A DNA stretch of 64,000 nt. Origin: Candidatus Methylomirabilota bacterium (lineage in GTDB: Bacteria > Methylomirabilota > Methylomirabilia > Rokubacteriales > CSP1-6). The translations under genes were made by a program, and so were the position numbers. The notes under the pieces are model-generated. The model was not told the origin of the DNA. It was given only the letters and a program-made list of their open reading frames with translations, and made no database searches. Position 1 is the stretch's first letter; each line of letters begins with the position of its first letter. Below are positions 16,279 to 25,742 of this stretch, in pieces. The stretch covers positions 434 through 64,433 of the forward strand of contig DASYUQ010000092.1 in the NCBI GenBank assembly GCA_036001065.1. The letters are read 5' to 3'.

Positions 16279-17597
16279 CAGGCGCCGAAGGCCCGGTCGG
16301 CGACCATCGCCTGGAAGGCGCGGGTGTACGCCTGAATGGTCCGCTCGATGTCCTCGTCGGTGTGCACGGCGGAGACCCAGCCGTGGTTCATGGAGCAGTC
16401 GACGCCCTCGTTGAGCAGCGCGCAGCGGAGCAGGTGATAGAGCGGGCCCTTGCGGGGGCGGTCGAAGCCGGCCAGCCCGGGCTTGCCCTCGAAGGAGACG
16501 TGATAGATCGAGGCCTCCCCGTAGCAGGTGCCGGGCACGCCGAGACGCCTCATCGCATCGCCGAGCCCCCGGCGCAGCTCCTCGCCCGCTTTGTTGGCGC
16601 GCGCTTGCAGCGAGGCGTCCGCGCACAGCTCGAGCGTGGCGATGGCCGCGGCCGCGCAGAGCGGGTTGGCGTTGAAGGTGCCGGCGTGAGCCACGCGCTG
16701 GCTGCGGTCCCAGTCGGGGTTGCCGCGGAAGGCGATGACCGACATGATCTCGCGCTGGCCGCAGAGCGCCCCGCCCGGCAGCCCTCCGGCGACGATCTTG
16801 GCCAGCGTGGTCAGGTCGGGCGTCACGTTGAAGTATTCCTGGGCGCCGCCCGGCGCGTAGCGAAAGCCGGTAATGACCTCGTCGAAGATCAGCACCACGT
16901 CGTGCCGGGCCGTGAGCGCGCGCAGTTCCTGGAGGTAGCCCGGGATCGTCGGCGTCGTCCCCGCCTGGCCGCCGGCGGGCTCGAGGATGACGGCGGCCAC
17001 GTCGCCGCGCCCGAGCGCGACCTCCACCGCCTTGACGTCGTTGGGCGGGCAGATGACCACCTGGTCCATGGTGGCGCCGGGGACGCCGGCCGACATCGGC
17101 ACCTCGTAGGGCGGATTCACCGCGGCCACGGCGCCGTCGTGCCAGCCGTGGAAGTGTCCGGCCAGCTTCAGGACCTTGGGCCGTCCGGTATAAGCCCGGG
17201 CCACCCGCATCGCCAGATGCGTCGCCTCGGTCCCCGACATCGTGAAGCGCGTCAGCTCGGCGCAGGGGACGAGCTGGTTCACGAGCTCGGCCCACCGCAC
17301 CTCCAGCTCGTGGCTGGCGCCCAGGTGCGTACCGCGGGCCATCTGGGTCTGCACGGCCTTGACCACCGCCGGGTGGCAGTGGCCGAGGAAGAGGGCGCCG
17401 TGCCCCATCCAGTAATCGATGTACTCGTTGCCGTCGACGTCCCACTTGCGGGTGCCGCCAGCGCGGTCGACGTAGACGGGGAACGGCGTCAGGTGCCGGA
17501 TGTCGTGGGTGATGCCACCGGGAATCACCTTCCGCGCGCGCTCGGCCAGCGCCGCCGACTTGGGATGCTTCGCCCGGTACGCGTCGTGGATGGTCAT
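16278..17597 (-). CDS. Class III aminotransferase (glutamate-1-semialdehyde aminomutase-like)
   Basis: VIPGGITHD...WDVDGNEYIDYWMGHGALFLGHCHPAVVKAV. 439 aa. Confidence 0.85.
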   Translation of the reverse strand: MTIHDAYRAKHPKSAALAERARKVIPGGITHDIRHLTPFPVYVDRAGGTRKWDVDGNEYIDYWMGHGALFLGHCHPAVVKAVQTQMARGTHLGASHELEVRWAELVNQLVPCAELTRFTMSGTEATHLAMRVARAYTGRPKVLKLAGHFHGWHDGAVAAVNPPYEVPMSAGVPGATMDQVVICPPNDVKAVEVALGRGDVAAVILEPAGGQAGTTPTIPGYLQELRALTARHDVVLIFDEVITGFRYAPGGAQEYFNVTPDLTTLAKIVAGGLPGGALCGQREIMSVIAFRGNPDWDRSQRVAHAGTFNANPLCAAAAIATLELCADASLQARANKAGEELRRGLGDAMRRLGVPGTCYGEASIYHVSFEGKPGLAGFDRPRKGPLYHLLRCALLNEGVDCSMNHGWVSAVHTDEDIERTIQAYTRAFQAMVADRAFGA

Positions 17598-17607
17598 AGC
17601 GTCTCCA

Positions 17608-18558
17608 TCATACCCGATCTGGCTTCGAGCCTGACCGCCGCGCGGCGGGCGCTGGCCGGCCGGGCGCGGCCAGCCGCAGCAGCTCGACGACCGCCGTGTG
17701 CGCCTCGAGGGGCAGGCCGTCCACGGTCGGCGTGCGGCGGCGGAGGACGCCGTCCACCGCCCCCGCGTCCACGCACGCCTCGATCAAACGCCGCTCGAGC
17801 GACGGCGTATGCAGGAGCGGCCGCCGCGCCAGCCGCTCGAGCGCCGCCACGATCCCGTAGGCGCCCCAGTTCGACGTCCCCGCCACGACCAGGTGATCGA
17901 CGCCGACGACCGAGGCGATCCGCGCCATGAGCCGGCCCTCCCGCGAGAGCCGGCTGCGCACGTTGCCCATGCCGATCTCGTTGCCGCCGTCGCCGACCGC
18001 GATGGTGACGGGCCTCGCGCGCTGCGAGGGGCCTCGGCGGCCGCCACCTCCGACCAAAAACAACTCGTCGATAGGGCGGTTCCACGCCGCCACCGACTCG
18101 CCGCGGGCGCTCAGGTACTCGCCCGAACGCGCGCGGCCGGGCCGCTCGATCGCCACCAGGTGCGTCGGCCGCTCGCTGTCGAGCAGGGCCCCGGCCGCCC
18201 CGTCACCCTCGGGATAGATCTCGATGTCGACCGGCTCCTCGAGCGCCTTCAGCACGGCGCCGAGCGGCTCCACGACGGCGGGGTCGGTCACGTAGCGGAC
18301 GGTCGCGCCGAGCCGCCGCAGCGCTCGTCCCAGCACCGCGGCCCCGGGCGGCCCATCGGTCTCGGGCAGGCCGGGCGGCACGCAGAAGCCGGTCGCGATC
18401 AGGACGTGGCGCGCGCCGCGCAGCGCGCGGGCGGCGGCCAGCGCCGCTCCCGGCGTGAAGAAGCTCCCGATCCCGCGGCCGCCGAGGTCGAGCGCCAGCA
18501 CCTGATCGATCGCGTCCAGCCGGGACCGGGAGGCGGGCACGGTGGAGCACGCTATCAC
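17608..18558 (-). CDS. DUF4392 (D-glutamate cyclase-like) protein
   Basis: TIAVGDGGNEIGMGNV and ETDGPPGA are DUF4392 hallmarks. The GTG at 18558 overlaps the treZ stop (GTGA). The track ORF upstream of this is Arg/Ala junk. Confidence 0.7.
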   Translation of the reverse strand: MIACSTVPASRSRLDAIDQVLALDLGGRGIGSFFTPGAALAAARALRGARHVLIATGFCVPPGLPETDGPPGAAVLGRALRRLGATVRYVTDPAVVEPLGAVLKALEEPVDIEIYPEGDGAAGALLDSERPTHLVAIERPGRARSGEYLSARGESVAAWNRPIDELFLVGGGGRRGPSQRARPVTIAVGDGGNEIGMGNVRSRLSREGRLMARIASVVGVDHLVVAGTSNWGAYGIVAALERLARRPLLHTPSLERRLIEACVDAGAVDGVLRRRTPTVDGLPLEAHTAVVELLRLAAPGRPAPAARRSGSKPDRV

Positions 18559-20339
18559 CGCGCCAGCTCGAAGAGCAAGACCTGGAACGGCGCCAGAGGA
18601 TAGGTCCGCGGCTCGCCGCCGAAGCGCGGGTCGGCGCTGTCCAGCAACAGGCGCGATCCGGCCGGCTCCACCCAGGGCCGGCGCTCCGCGGTGAGGTTGG
18701 CGAAGAGCTGGACGGGGTCGCCCTCCGCGGAGGCACGGGTCACGGTGAGCACGGCGCCGCTCGGATCGAGGTCGACGCGCGTCCGCTCCTTGTTGCGCGC
18801 GCCCAGCGCCGGGTGCGCGCGCCGGAGCCCGAGCCAGGCCCGGTAGTAATCCCGCAGCGCGTGATGGCGCGGCGCCGCCGCCAGCGAGTGATTCAGCCGC
18901 GACCTGACGAACGTCAACGGCAGCGTCGGGTCGGGGATCGCGCCCTCCCATGCGAAGCGGCTGAACTCCGCCGCCCGACCCCGCCGGACGGCCTCGGCGA
19001 GCTCGGGGTCCAGAAAGGACGTGAAGAACTGGAAGGGCGCCGTCTCGCCATACTCCTCGCCCATGAAGAGGAGCGGCAGGGCCGGCGCCACCAGCATCAG
19101 GGCGGCCGCGAGCTTCAGCGCCTCGAACGGCACCAGCGCGCCGAGCCGCTCGCCGCGGGCGCGGTTGCCCACCTGATCGTGGTTCTGGGTGAAGATCACG
19201 AACCGCTCGGCGGGGAGATCGGCGCTGGCCGTGCCCCGGGCGCCGCCGAAGTACTCGGAGTGCTCTCCCTGGTAGGCGAAGCCCTCGCTGAGCGCGCGCG
19301 GCAGGTGGCGCCGGTCGCTGAAGTCGACGTAGTAGCCCCCCCGCTCACCGGTAAGGCGGACGTGGAGCGCGTGGTGGAAGTCGTCCGACCATACGGCGTC
19401 GAGGCCGAGGCCGCCCTGGGCCCGCGGCAGCACGATGTGGCGGTCGTTGTCGTGCGACTCGGCGATCACGTGGCCGGGGCGGCCGAGCCGGGCGGCCTCC
19501 GCCCGCACCGCCTCCGCGATCTCGGCCAGGATGTGCAGCGGGCTCGCGTCGAAAATCGAGTGGATGGCGTCCAGGCGCAGGCCGTCGACGTGGAACTCCC
19601 GGACCCAGTAGCGCGCGTTGTCGATGAAGTGCCGGCGCACGCCCGCGCCGTCGGGGCCGTCGAAGTTCACCGCCTGACCCCAGGGGGTCTTGTAGCGATC
19701 GGTGAAGTAGGGGCCGAACTCCCCGAGGTAGTTGCCCTCCGGGCCCAGGTGGTTGTAGACCACATCGAGCACGACGCTGAGGCCGCGGGCGTGGCAGGCG
19801 TCGACCAGGCGGCGGAGGCCCTGGGGCCCCCCGTAGGTCGACTGGGGGGCGTAGAGATGCACACCGTCGTAGCCCCAGTTGCGCGAGCCCGGGAACTCGG
19901 CGACGGGCATCAGCTCGATGGCGGTGACCCCGAGATCGGCGAGCTGGTTGAGGTGGGCGATGGCCGCCTCGAAGGTCCCGGCGGTGGTGAACGCCCCGAC
20001 GTGTACCTCGTAGAAGACAAGGTCGGCGAGCCCGTGGCCGCCGAACCCCCCATCGGTCCAGGTGAAGACGGAGGGGTCCACCACCGCGGAGGGACCGTGC
20101 ACCCCCTCCGGCTGCCAGCGCGACACGGGATCGGGGCGGTACCGCTCGCCGTCGAGCCGGTACTGATAGCGGGTGCCGGCCCCCAGGCGCCCCACGGTCA
20201 GCTCGAAGACGCCGTCGTCCAGGGGGGCCATGGGCTGGGGCCGGCGGCCCTCGAGGACCACCTCCACCGAGCGGCAGCGGGGTGCCCAGACATGGAAGGT
20301 CACGCCCTCGTGATGAAGGCTTGCGCCGAATCCGTTCAT
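18555..20339 (-). CDS. treZ: Malto-oligosyltrehalose trehalohydrolase
   Basis: MNGFGASLHHEGVTFHVWAP...YRPDPVSRWQPEGVHGPSAVVDP...GVTAIELMPVAEFPGSRNWGYDGV...VVLDVVYNHLGPEGNYL, a GH13 TreZ pattern. Confidence 0.9.
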   Translation of the reverse strand: MNGFGASLHHEGVTFHVWAPRCRSVEVVLEGRRPQPMAPLDDGVFELTVGRLGAGTRYQYRLDGERYRPDPVSRWQPEGVHGPSAVVDPSVFTWTDGGFGGHGLADLVFYEVHVGAFTTAGTFEAAIAHLNQLADLGVTAIELMPVAEFPGSRNWGYDGVHLYAPQSTYGGPQGLRRLVDACHARGLSVVLDVVYNHLGPEGNYLGEFGPYFTDRYKTPWGQAVNFDGPDGAGVRRHFIDNARYWVREFHVDGLRLDAIHSIFDASPLHILAEIAEAVRAEAARLGRPGHVIAESHDNDRHIVLPRAQGGLGLDAVWSDDFHHALHVRLTGERGGYYVDFSDRRHLPRALSEGFAYQGEHSEYFGGARGTASADLPAERFVIFTQNHDQVGNRARGERLGALVPFEALKLAAALMLVAPALPLLFMGEEYGETAPFQFFTSFLDPELAEAVRRGRAAEFSRFAWEGAIPDPTLPLTFVRSRLNHSLAAAPRHHALRDYYRAWLGLRRAHPALGARNKERTRVDLDPSGAVLTVTRASAEGDPVQLFANLTAERRPWVEPAGSRLLLDSADPRFGGEPRTYPLAPFQVLLFELAR

Positions 20340-20403
20340 ACGGTCCAATGTGGAGACTCCTGGCCCCGATCGCGCCGGGGGCCACGACAAAGGGCACGCG
20401 CCG

Positions 20404-22101
20404 ATGGGCTATCCGTTCTCACTGGTCCTCCACACCCATCTTCCGATGGTGGTCAATCACGGTCGCTGGCCCCACGGCAGCGACTGGCTCTGCGAAGCGG
20501 CCTTCGAATGTTACCTGCCGTTGCTGGACGTGGTCCACCGTCTCGTCGCCGACGGCATTTCGCCCAAGTGGACGATCAACCTCTCGCCGGTTCTCACCGA
20601 GCAGCTTGCCTCCCCGGAGTTCCAGAAGGAGCTGGCCTTCTACTACGAAAACACCCGCCGCGCGTGCGTGGAGAGCCGGGAGCACTTCGGTCGCGAAGGC
20701 AGCCAGGACATGGTCAAGCTCACCCATTTCTGGGAGCAGTTCTACGAGCGGATGTGGGAGCTGCACCGCCGCATCGGCGGCGACATCCCGGGCACCTGCG
20801 CCGACCTCGAGCACCAGGGTCACATCGAGATTCTCACCTGCGCGGCGACCCATGGCTACCTGCCCCTCCTCTCCCGCGACGAGTCCATCCATCTCCAGCT
20901 CCGCACCGCGGTGGAGACGCACCGCCGCCACTTCGGCCGCGCTCCCCGCGGCATCTGGCTGCCCGAGTGCGCCTACCGGCCACGCTACGAGTGGACGCCG
21001 CCCACGGGCCCCGAGCAGAGCAAGACCCGGCAGGTCCGGCCGGGGATCGAGGAGATGCTGGCCGCCCACGGGCTCGAGTACTTCATCGCCGACGCGCACC
21101 TGATCGCCGCCGGCGCGCCCCTGTTCTTCTACCGTGACTACTTCCCCCTGCGCGGCGAGATCGTCGACGCGCCGCCGGAGATGCCCCGCACGGAGCGGCG
21201 CTCGCCCTATGCGCCCTGGCGGGTCGCCTCGCGTGGGGGCAACGGCAGCGCCATCGCCTTCTTCCGCGACCCCAAGACAACCCTGCAAGTGTGGAGCCGG
21301 GAGCACGGCTATCCCGGCGACTTCGCCTACCTCGAGTTCCACAAGAAGCACTTCCCGGGCGGATTGCGCTTCTGGCGCATCACCGATGCGGCGAAAGACC
21401 TGGGGACCAAGGCCCCCTACGAGCCCGAGGTCGCCGCCCAGCGCATCGCCCTGCAGGCCCGGCACTTCATCGAGCTCGTCCGCGACACCGCGGCCAAGGC
21501 CTCCACCCAGGGGCCGGCCCTCATCTGCTCGCCGTACGACGCGGAGCTGTTCGGCCACTGGTGGTTCGAGGGGCCGGCGTGGCTCGAGCAGGTGGCCCGC
21601 GGCTTCCAGGCCGCCGGGGTGACGGCGATGACGCTGGGCGAAGCGTTGGAGGCGGTGCCGCCGCGCGCGACCGTGTCGCTGCCGGAGGGCTCCTGGGGCG
21701 AGGGTGGCGATCACCGCGTGTGGCTCAACGCCCACACGGAGTGGACGTGGGACCGCGTCTACAGCGCCGAGGCCGAGTGGGTCGAGCTCCTCGGCCGGGC
21801 CGACGGGGCCAACGCGGACTTCCGGCGCGTGCTGGCGCAGGCGACGCGAGAGCTGTTGCTGCTCCAGGCCTCCGACTGGCAGTTCCTCATCACGACCTGG
21901 GCGGCCCGCGATTACGCCGAGCGCCGCGTCGCCGAGCACTACGCGGAGTTCAAGCACCTGGCTGAGCTGGCCCGCGCGCTGGCCGACGGCCAGGCCCTGT
22001 CGCCTGAGGCGGCGGGCATGCTGCGGCGCCTGGAGCGCGAGGACTTCTGCTTTCCCGAGCTCGATCCGGCCTGGGCCCGCGGCGGGGCCGGGGGCCATTG
22101 A
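20404..22101 (+). CDS. GH57-family 1,4-alpha-glucan branching enzyme-like protein (DUF1957 type)
   Basis: MGYPFSLVLHTHLPMVVNHGRWPHGSDWLCEAAFECYLPLL... is the typical GH57 branching-enzyme N-terminus. Confidence 0.85.
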   Translation: MGYPFSLVLHTHLPMVVNHGRWPHGSDWLCEAAFECYLPLLDVVHRLVADGISPKWTINLSPVLTEQLASPEFQKELAFYYENTRRACVESREHFGREGSQDMVKLTHFWEQFYERMWELHRRIGGDIPGTCADLEHQGHIEILTCAATHGYLPLLSRDESIHLQLRTAVETHRRHFGRAPRGIWLPECAYRPRYEWTPPTGPEQSKTRQVRPGIEEMLAAHGLEYFIADAHLIAAGAPLFFYRDYFPLRGEIVDAPPEMPRTERRSPYAPWRVASRGGNGSAIAFFRDPKTTLQVWSREHGYPGDFAYLEFHKKHFPGGLRFWRITDAAKDLGTKAPYEPEVAAQRIALQARHFIELVRDTAAKASTQGPALICSPYDAELFGHWWFEGPAWLEQVARGFQAAGVTAMTLGEALEAVPPRATVSLPEGSWGEGGDHRVWLNAHTEWTWDRVYSAEAEWVELLGRADGANADFRRVLAQATRELLLLQASDWQFLITTWAARDYAERRVAEHYAEFKHLAELARALADGQALSPEAAGMLRRLEREDFCFPELDPAWARGGAGGH

Positions 22102-22104
22102 GCG

Positions 22105-23349
22105 ATGGCCCGACGCCCCCGCGTGCTCACGATGATCATGGCCGGCGGCAAGGGCGAGCGCCTGCACCCGCTGACGCGCGACCGCTCCAAGCCGGCGGTG
22201 CCGTTCGGCGGACGGCACCGGATCGTCGACTTCGTCCTGTCCAACTTCGTGAACTCGGAGCTGCTCTCGCTCTACATCCTCGTGCAGTACAAGTCGCAGT
22301 CGCTCATCGAGCACGTGCGCCTGGCCTGGCGGACGACCGGTATCGTCCCCGACTACTTCGTCACGGTGGTGCCGCCGCAGATGCGCACGGGCCCCGCCTG
22401 GTACCGGGGCACCGCCGACGCCGTGCTGCAGAACCTGAATCTCATCGACGACTTCAACCCCGACATCGTCGCGATCTTCGGCTCCGACCATATTTACCGG
22501 ATGGACGTGAACCAGCTGCTCGGCTTCCACCGGGAGGCGGGCGCCGAGGTCACCGTGGCCGCCCGGCCGGTGCCCCTGGCCGACGCACCGCAGGTCGGCG
22601 TGCTCACGGTGGATGCGAGCGCGCGGGTCGTCGACTTCCACGAGAAGCCGGCCCACCCGACCCCGATGCCCGGCGACCCGCAGCGCGTCCTGGCTTCGAT
22701 GGGCAATTACCTCTTCAACCGCTCCGTTCTGGCCGAGGCGCTCCTGGCCGACGCGCGGCGCAGCACCGACCACGACTTCGGCCGCTCGATCATCCCCGAG
22801 CTGGTCCCGACCCGACGCGTCTTCGCCTACGACTTCCAGCTCAACGAGGTGCCGGGCGTCAAGCCCTACGAGGAGCCGGGCTACTGGCGCGACGTGGGCA
22901 CGATCGACGCGTACTGGCAGGCCCACATGGACCTGCTGGGCGAGGCGCCGCGCTTCGACATCGACAACCGCGACTGGCCCATCCGCACCGGGCAGTACCC
23001 CGGTCCGCCGGCACGCTTCATCGGCGGTGACGTCGACAACACCCAGATCGCCGAGGGCTCGTTGATCAAGCGGGCCACCATCCGCAACTCGATCCTGGGC
23101 CGCAGCGTGTGGGTCAACGAGGGCGCGGTGATCGAAGACTCGATCATCATGGACCACACCACGGTGGGCAAGGGCGCGCGCCTCCGGCGCGCCATCGTCG
23201 ACCGCTTCAACATCGTCCCGGCCGATGCCGAGATCGGCCTCGATCCGGCCGCCGACCGGCGACGCTACCACGTCGATCCGGGCTCGGGCCTGGTGGTGGT
23301 GCCGCGGGGTGGGCGGCGCGAGTTCCTCACGTCCCTGGAAGAGCTCTGA
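22105..23349 (+). CDS. glgC: Glucose-1-phosphate adenylyltransferase
   Basis: VLTMIMAGGKGERLHPLTRDRSKPAVPFGGRHRIVDFVLSNFVNS... Confidence 0.92.
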   Translation: MARRPRVLTMIMAGGKGERLHPLTRDRSKPAVPFGGRHRIVDFVLSNFVNSELLSLYILVQYKSQSLIEHVRLAWRTTGIVPDYFVTVVPPQMRTGPAWYRGTADAVLQNLNLIDDFNPDIVAIFGSDHIYRMDVNQLLGFHREAGAEVTVAARPVPLADAPQVGVLTVDASARVVDFHEKPAHPTPMPGDPQRVLASMGNYLFNRSVLAEALLADARRSTDHDFGRSIIPELVPTRRVFAYDFQLNEVPGVKPYEEPGYWRDVGTIDAYWQAHMDLLGEAPRFDIDNRDWPIRTGQYPGPPARFIGGDVDNTQIAEGSLIKRATIRNSILGRSVWVNEGAVIEDSIIMDHTTVGKGARLRRAIVDRFNIVPADAEIGLDPAADRRRYHVDPGSGLVVVPRGGRREFLTSLEEL

Positions 23350-25742
23350 TGGCCGGCCGCTTCATCGCCATCCACGGCCACTTCTATCAGCCGCCGCGCG
23401 AGAACCCGTGGCTGGAGGCCGTCGAGGTGCAGGATGGAGCGGCGCCCTACCACGACTGGAACGAGCGGGTGACGGCGGAGTGCTACGCGCCGAACACCGC
23501 CGCCCGCCGCGTCGGTCAGGACAACCGGATCCTCGACATCGTCAACAACTTCGAGAAGATCTCCTTCAACGTGGGCCCCACCCTCATCGCCTGGCTCGAG
23601 CGCCACGTGCCGGACGTCCACGCCAGAATTCTGGAGGCCGACCGGCTGAGCGCGCAGGCCCACGGCGGGCACGGCAACGCGATCGCCCAGGTCTACAACC
23701 ACATGATCCTGCCCCTGGCCATCCGGCGCGACAAGATCACGCAGGTGCTGTGGGGGTGCCGGGACTTCGAGAAGCGCTTCGGGCGTGAGCCCGAGGGCAT
23801 GTGGCTGCCCGAGACGGCCGTGGACAACGAGTCTCTGGAGATCCTGGCCGAGGCAGGACTGAAGTTCACCATCCTGGCCCCGCACCAGGCCTGGCGCATC
23901 CGCAAGATCGGGACCGAGGCCTGGGAAGAGGTCAACGAGCGCATCGACCCCAGCCGACCCTATCTCTGGCGCGGCCCCCGCGGCCGGACCCTCGCGCTCT
24001 TCTTCTACGACGGCCCCATCTCCCGGGCCATCGCCTTCGGGGACGCGCTCGATCGCGGCGAACATCTGGTCGCCCGCCTGAAGGCGGGCTTCAGCGAGGA
24101 GCGCGCCTGGACCCAGGTCGTCCACTGCGCGACCGACGGCGAGTCCTACGGCCACCACAAGAAATTCGGCGACATGGCGCTGGCCGCGGCCATCAAGCAG
24201 ATCGAGGTGGAGGGCTTCGCGACGCTCAGCAACTACGGCCTGTTCCTGGCCGCCCAACCGCCGACCCACGAGGTCGAGATCCACGAGCGCACGTCGTGGA
24301 GCTGTGCCCACGGCGTGGAGCGGTGGCGGGCCGATTGTGGCTGCCGGATCCGCGGCGATTGGCACCAGCGCTGGCGGGGCCCGCTGCGGGAGGCCCTGGA
24401 CTGGCTCCGCGAGCAGATCGACGCGTTCTACGAGGCGCGGGCCTCGGCGTACCTCAAGGACCCCTGGGCGGCGCGCGACGCCTACATCGAGGTGATCCTG
24501 GACCGCAGCCCGGAGCAGCTCGGCGCCTGGCTGGCCCGCCAGCAACGCACCCCGCTGGAGGCGGCCGCGCAGGTGGAGACGCGCCGGCTCCTCGAGATGG
24601 AGCGCAACCGCCTGCTCATGTACACGTCGTGCGGGTGGTTCTTCGACGAGCTCTCGGGGCTCGAGCCCACCCAGATCCTCAAGTACGCGGCCATGGCGCT
24701 GCAGTACCTGCGCGACCTGGGCGGCGGCCAGCTGGAGGCGGAGTTCATCCGCCGGCTGGAGGCGGCGCCCAGCAACGTGGCGCTCTTCCGTGACGGCGGC
24801 GACGTCTACCGCAAGCTGATCCGTCCCGCGGTCGTCGATCTGCGCCGGGTGGTGGCCCACTACGCCATCAGCGGACTCTTCGACGAGTATCCCGACGACG
24901 CGGTGATCTACGCCTGGCGGGTGCAGCGGCTCGACGACGAGCGCGAGTCGTACAACGGCACCGTGCTCCGCATCGGGCGCGTGCGGGTGGCCTCGCAGAT
25001 CACCGGCGAGTCCCGCGACATCATATACGCCGTGCTGCACTTCGGCGGTCACGACTTCTCCTGCGGTATCCGGAGCTACGAGGGCCCGGAGAGCTACGAC
25101 GCGATGAAGACGGATCTCCTGCGGCGCTACGCCCAGCGCAGCCTGGCCGACATGGTGCGCGGGCTCGACGAGTACTTCTATCAGGAAATCTTCGCGCTCA
25201 CCCACCTCTTCATCGAGCAGCGCCGGCGGGTGCTGGCCAGCGTGACCCAGGCCGTCCTGGACAAGTACGAGCAGACGTACCACCGGGTCTGGGAGGAGAG
25301 CCGCAAGCTGGTGCGTTACTTGAGAGAGGCCGACGCGCCCATCCCCGAAGTGTTCCGGATCACCGCCAAGCACGTGTTCGAGGAGCAGATCATCGCGGAG
25401 CTGGGCCGCGCCGCCGAGGCCGGCGCGCTGCCCGAGCGTGTCTTCGAGCTCGCCGACGAGGCGCGGGCGCTGGGCCTCGGCCTCGACCTGGCGCCCGGCC
25501 GTTGGGCGATGAACCGGGCGATCGGGTGGGCGCTGGACGCCGTGGGCGAGCATCCGACGGCCGATCGCGTGGCCGGGGCCGTGGCCCTCGTCCAGGGCGC
25601 CAAGCGCCTGGGCGTCAACTTCGGGCTCTGGCGCACGCAGAACCAGTTCTTCGCGCTGTGGCGCGATCACCCGGAGGCGCGCCAGACGCTCCGGCCCCTG
25701 GCCGACGCGCTCGGCTTCGCGCTGCCGGCGGAGGCGGCGTGA
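23349..25742 (+). CDS. GH57 glycoside hydrolase with a DUF3536 C-terminal domain
   Basis: MAGRFIAIHGHFYQPPRENPWLEAVEVQD...ISFNVGPTLIAWLE. The ATG overlaps the glgC TGA by 1 nt. Confidence 0.85.
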   Translation: MAGRFIAIHGHFYQPPRENPWLEAVEVQDGAAPYHDWNERVTAECYAPNTAARRVGQDNRILDIVNNFEKISFNVGPTLIAWLERHVPDVHARILEADRLSAQAHGGHGNAIAQVYNHMILPLAIRRDKITQVLWGCRDFEKRFGREPEGMWLPETAVDNESLEILAEAGLKFTILAPHQAWRIRKIGTEAWEEVNERIDPSRPYLWRGPRGRTLALFFYDGPISRAIAFGDALDRGEHLVARLKAGFSEERAWTQVVHCATDGESYGHHKKFGDMALAAAIKQIEVEGFATLSNYGLFLAAQPPTHEVEIHERTSWSCAHGVERWRADCGCRIRGDWHQRWRGPLREALDWLREQIDAFYEARASAYLKDPWAARDAYIEVILDRSPEQLGAWLARQQRTPLEAAAQVETRRLLEMERNRLLMYTSCGWFFDELSGLEPTQILKYAAMALQYLRDLGGGQLEAEFIRRLEAAPSNVALFRDGGDVYRKLIRPAVVDLRRVVAHYAISGLFDEYPDDAVIYAWRVQRLDDERESYNGTVLRIGRVRVASQITGESRDIIYAVLHFGGHDFSCGIRSYEGPESYDAMKTDLLRRYAQRSLADMVRGLDEYFYQEIFALTHLFIEQRRRVLASVTQAVLDKYEQTYHRVWEESRKLVRYLREADAPIPEVFRITAKHVFEEQIIAELGRAAEAGALPERVFELADEARALGLGLDLAPGRWAMNRAIGWALDAVGEHPTADRVAGAVALVQGAKRLGVNFGLWRTQNQFFALWRDHPEARQTLRPLADALGFALPAEAA

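Noticed and set aside
18813-21137. 774-aa ORF on the plus strand
   Set aside because: It is antisense to treZ and out of frame with the GH57 gene, so it is a shadow ORF.
20419-23271. 950-aa ORF on the minus strand
   Set aside because: It is antisense to the GH57 and glgC genes, which have unmistakable homology. Its translation is Arg/Gly/Ala/Pro/Val-rich, as expected for a shadow ORF in GC-rich DNA.
23265-25670. 801-aa ORF on the minus strand
   Set aside because: It is a shadow ORF antisense to the GH57/DUF3536 gene.
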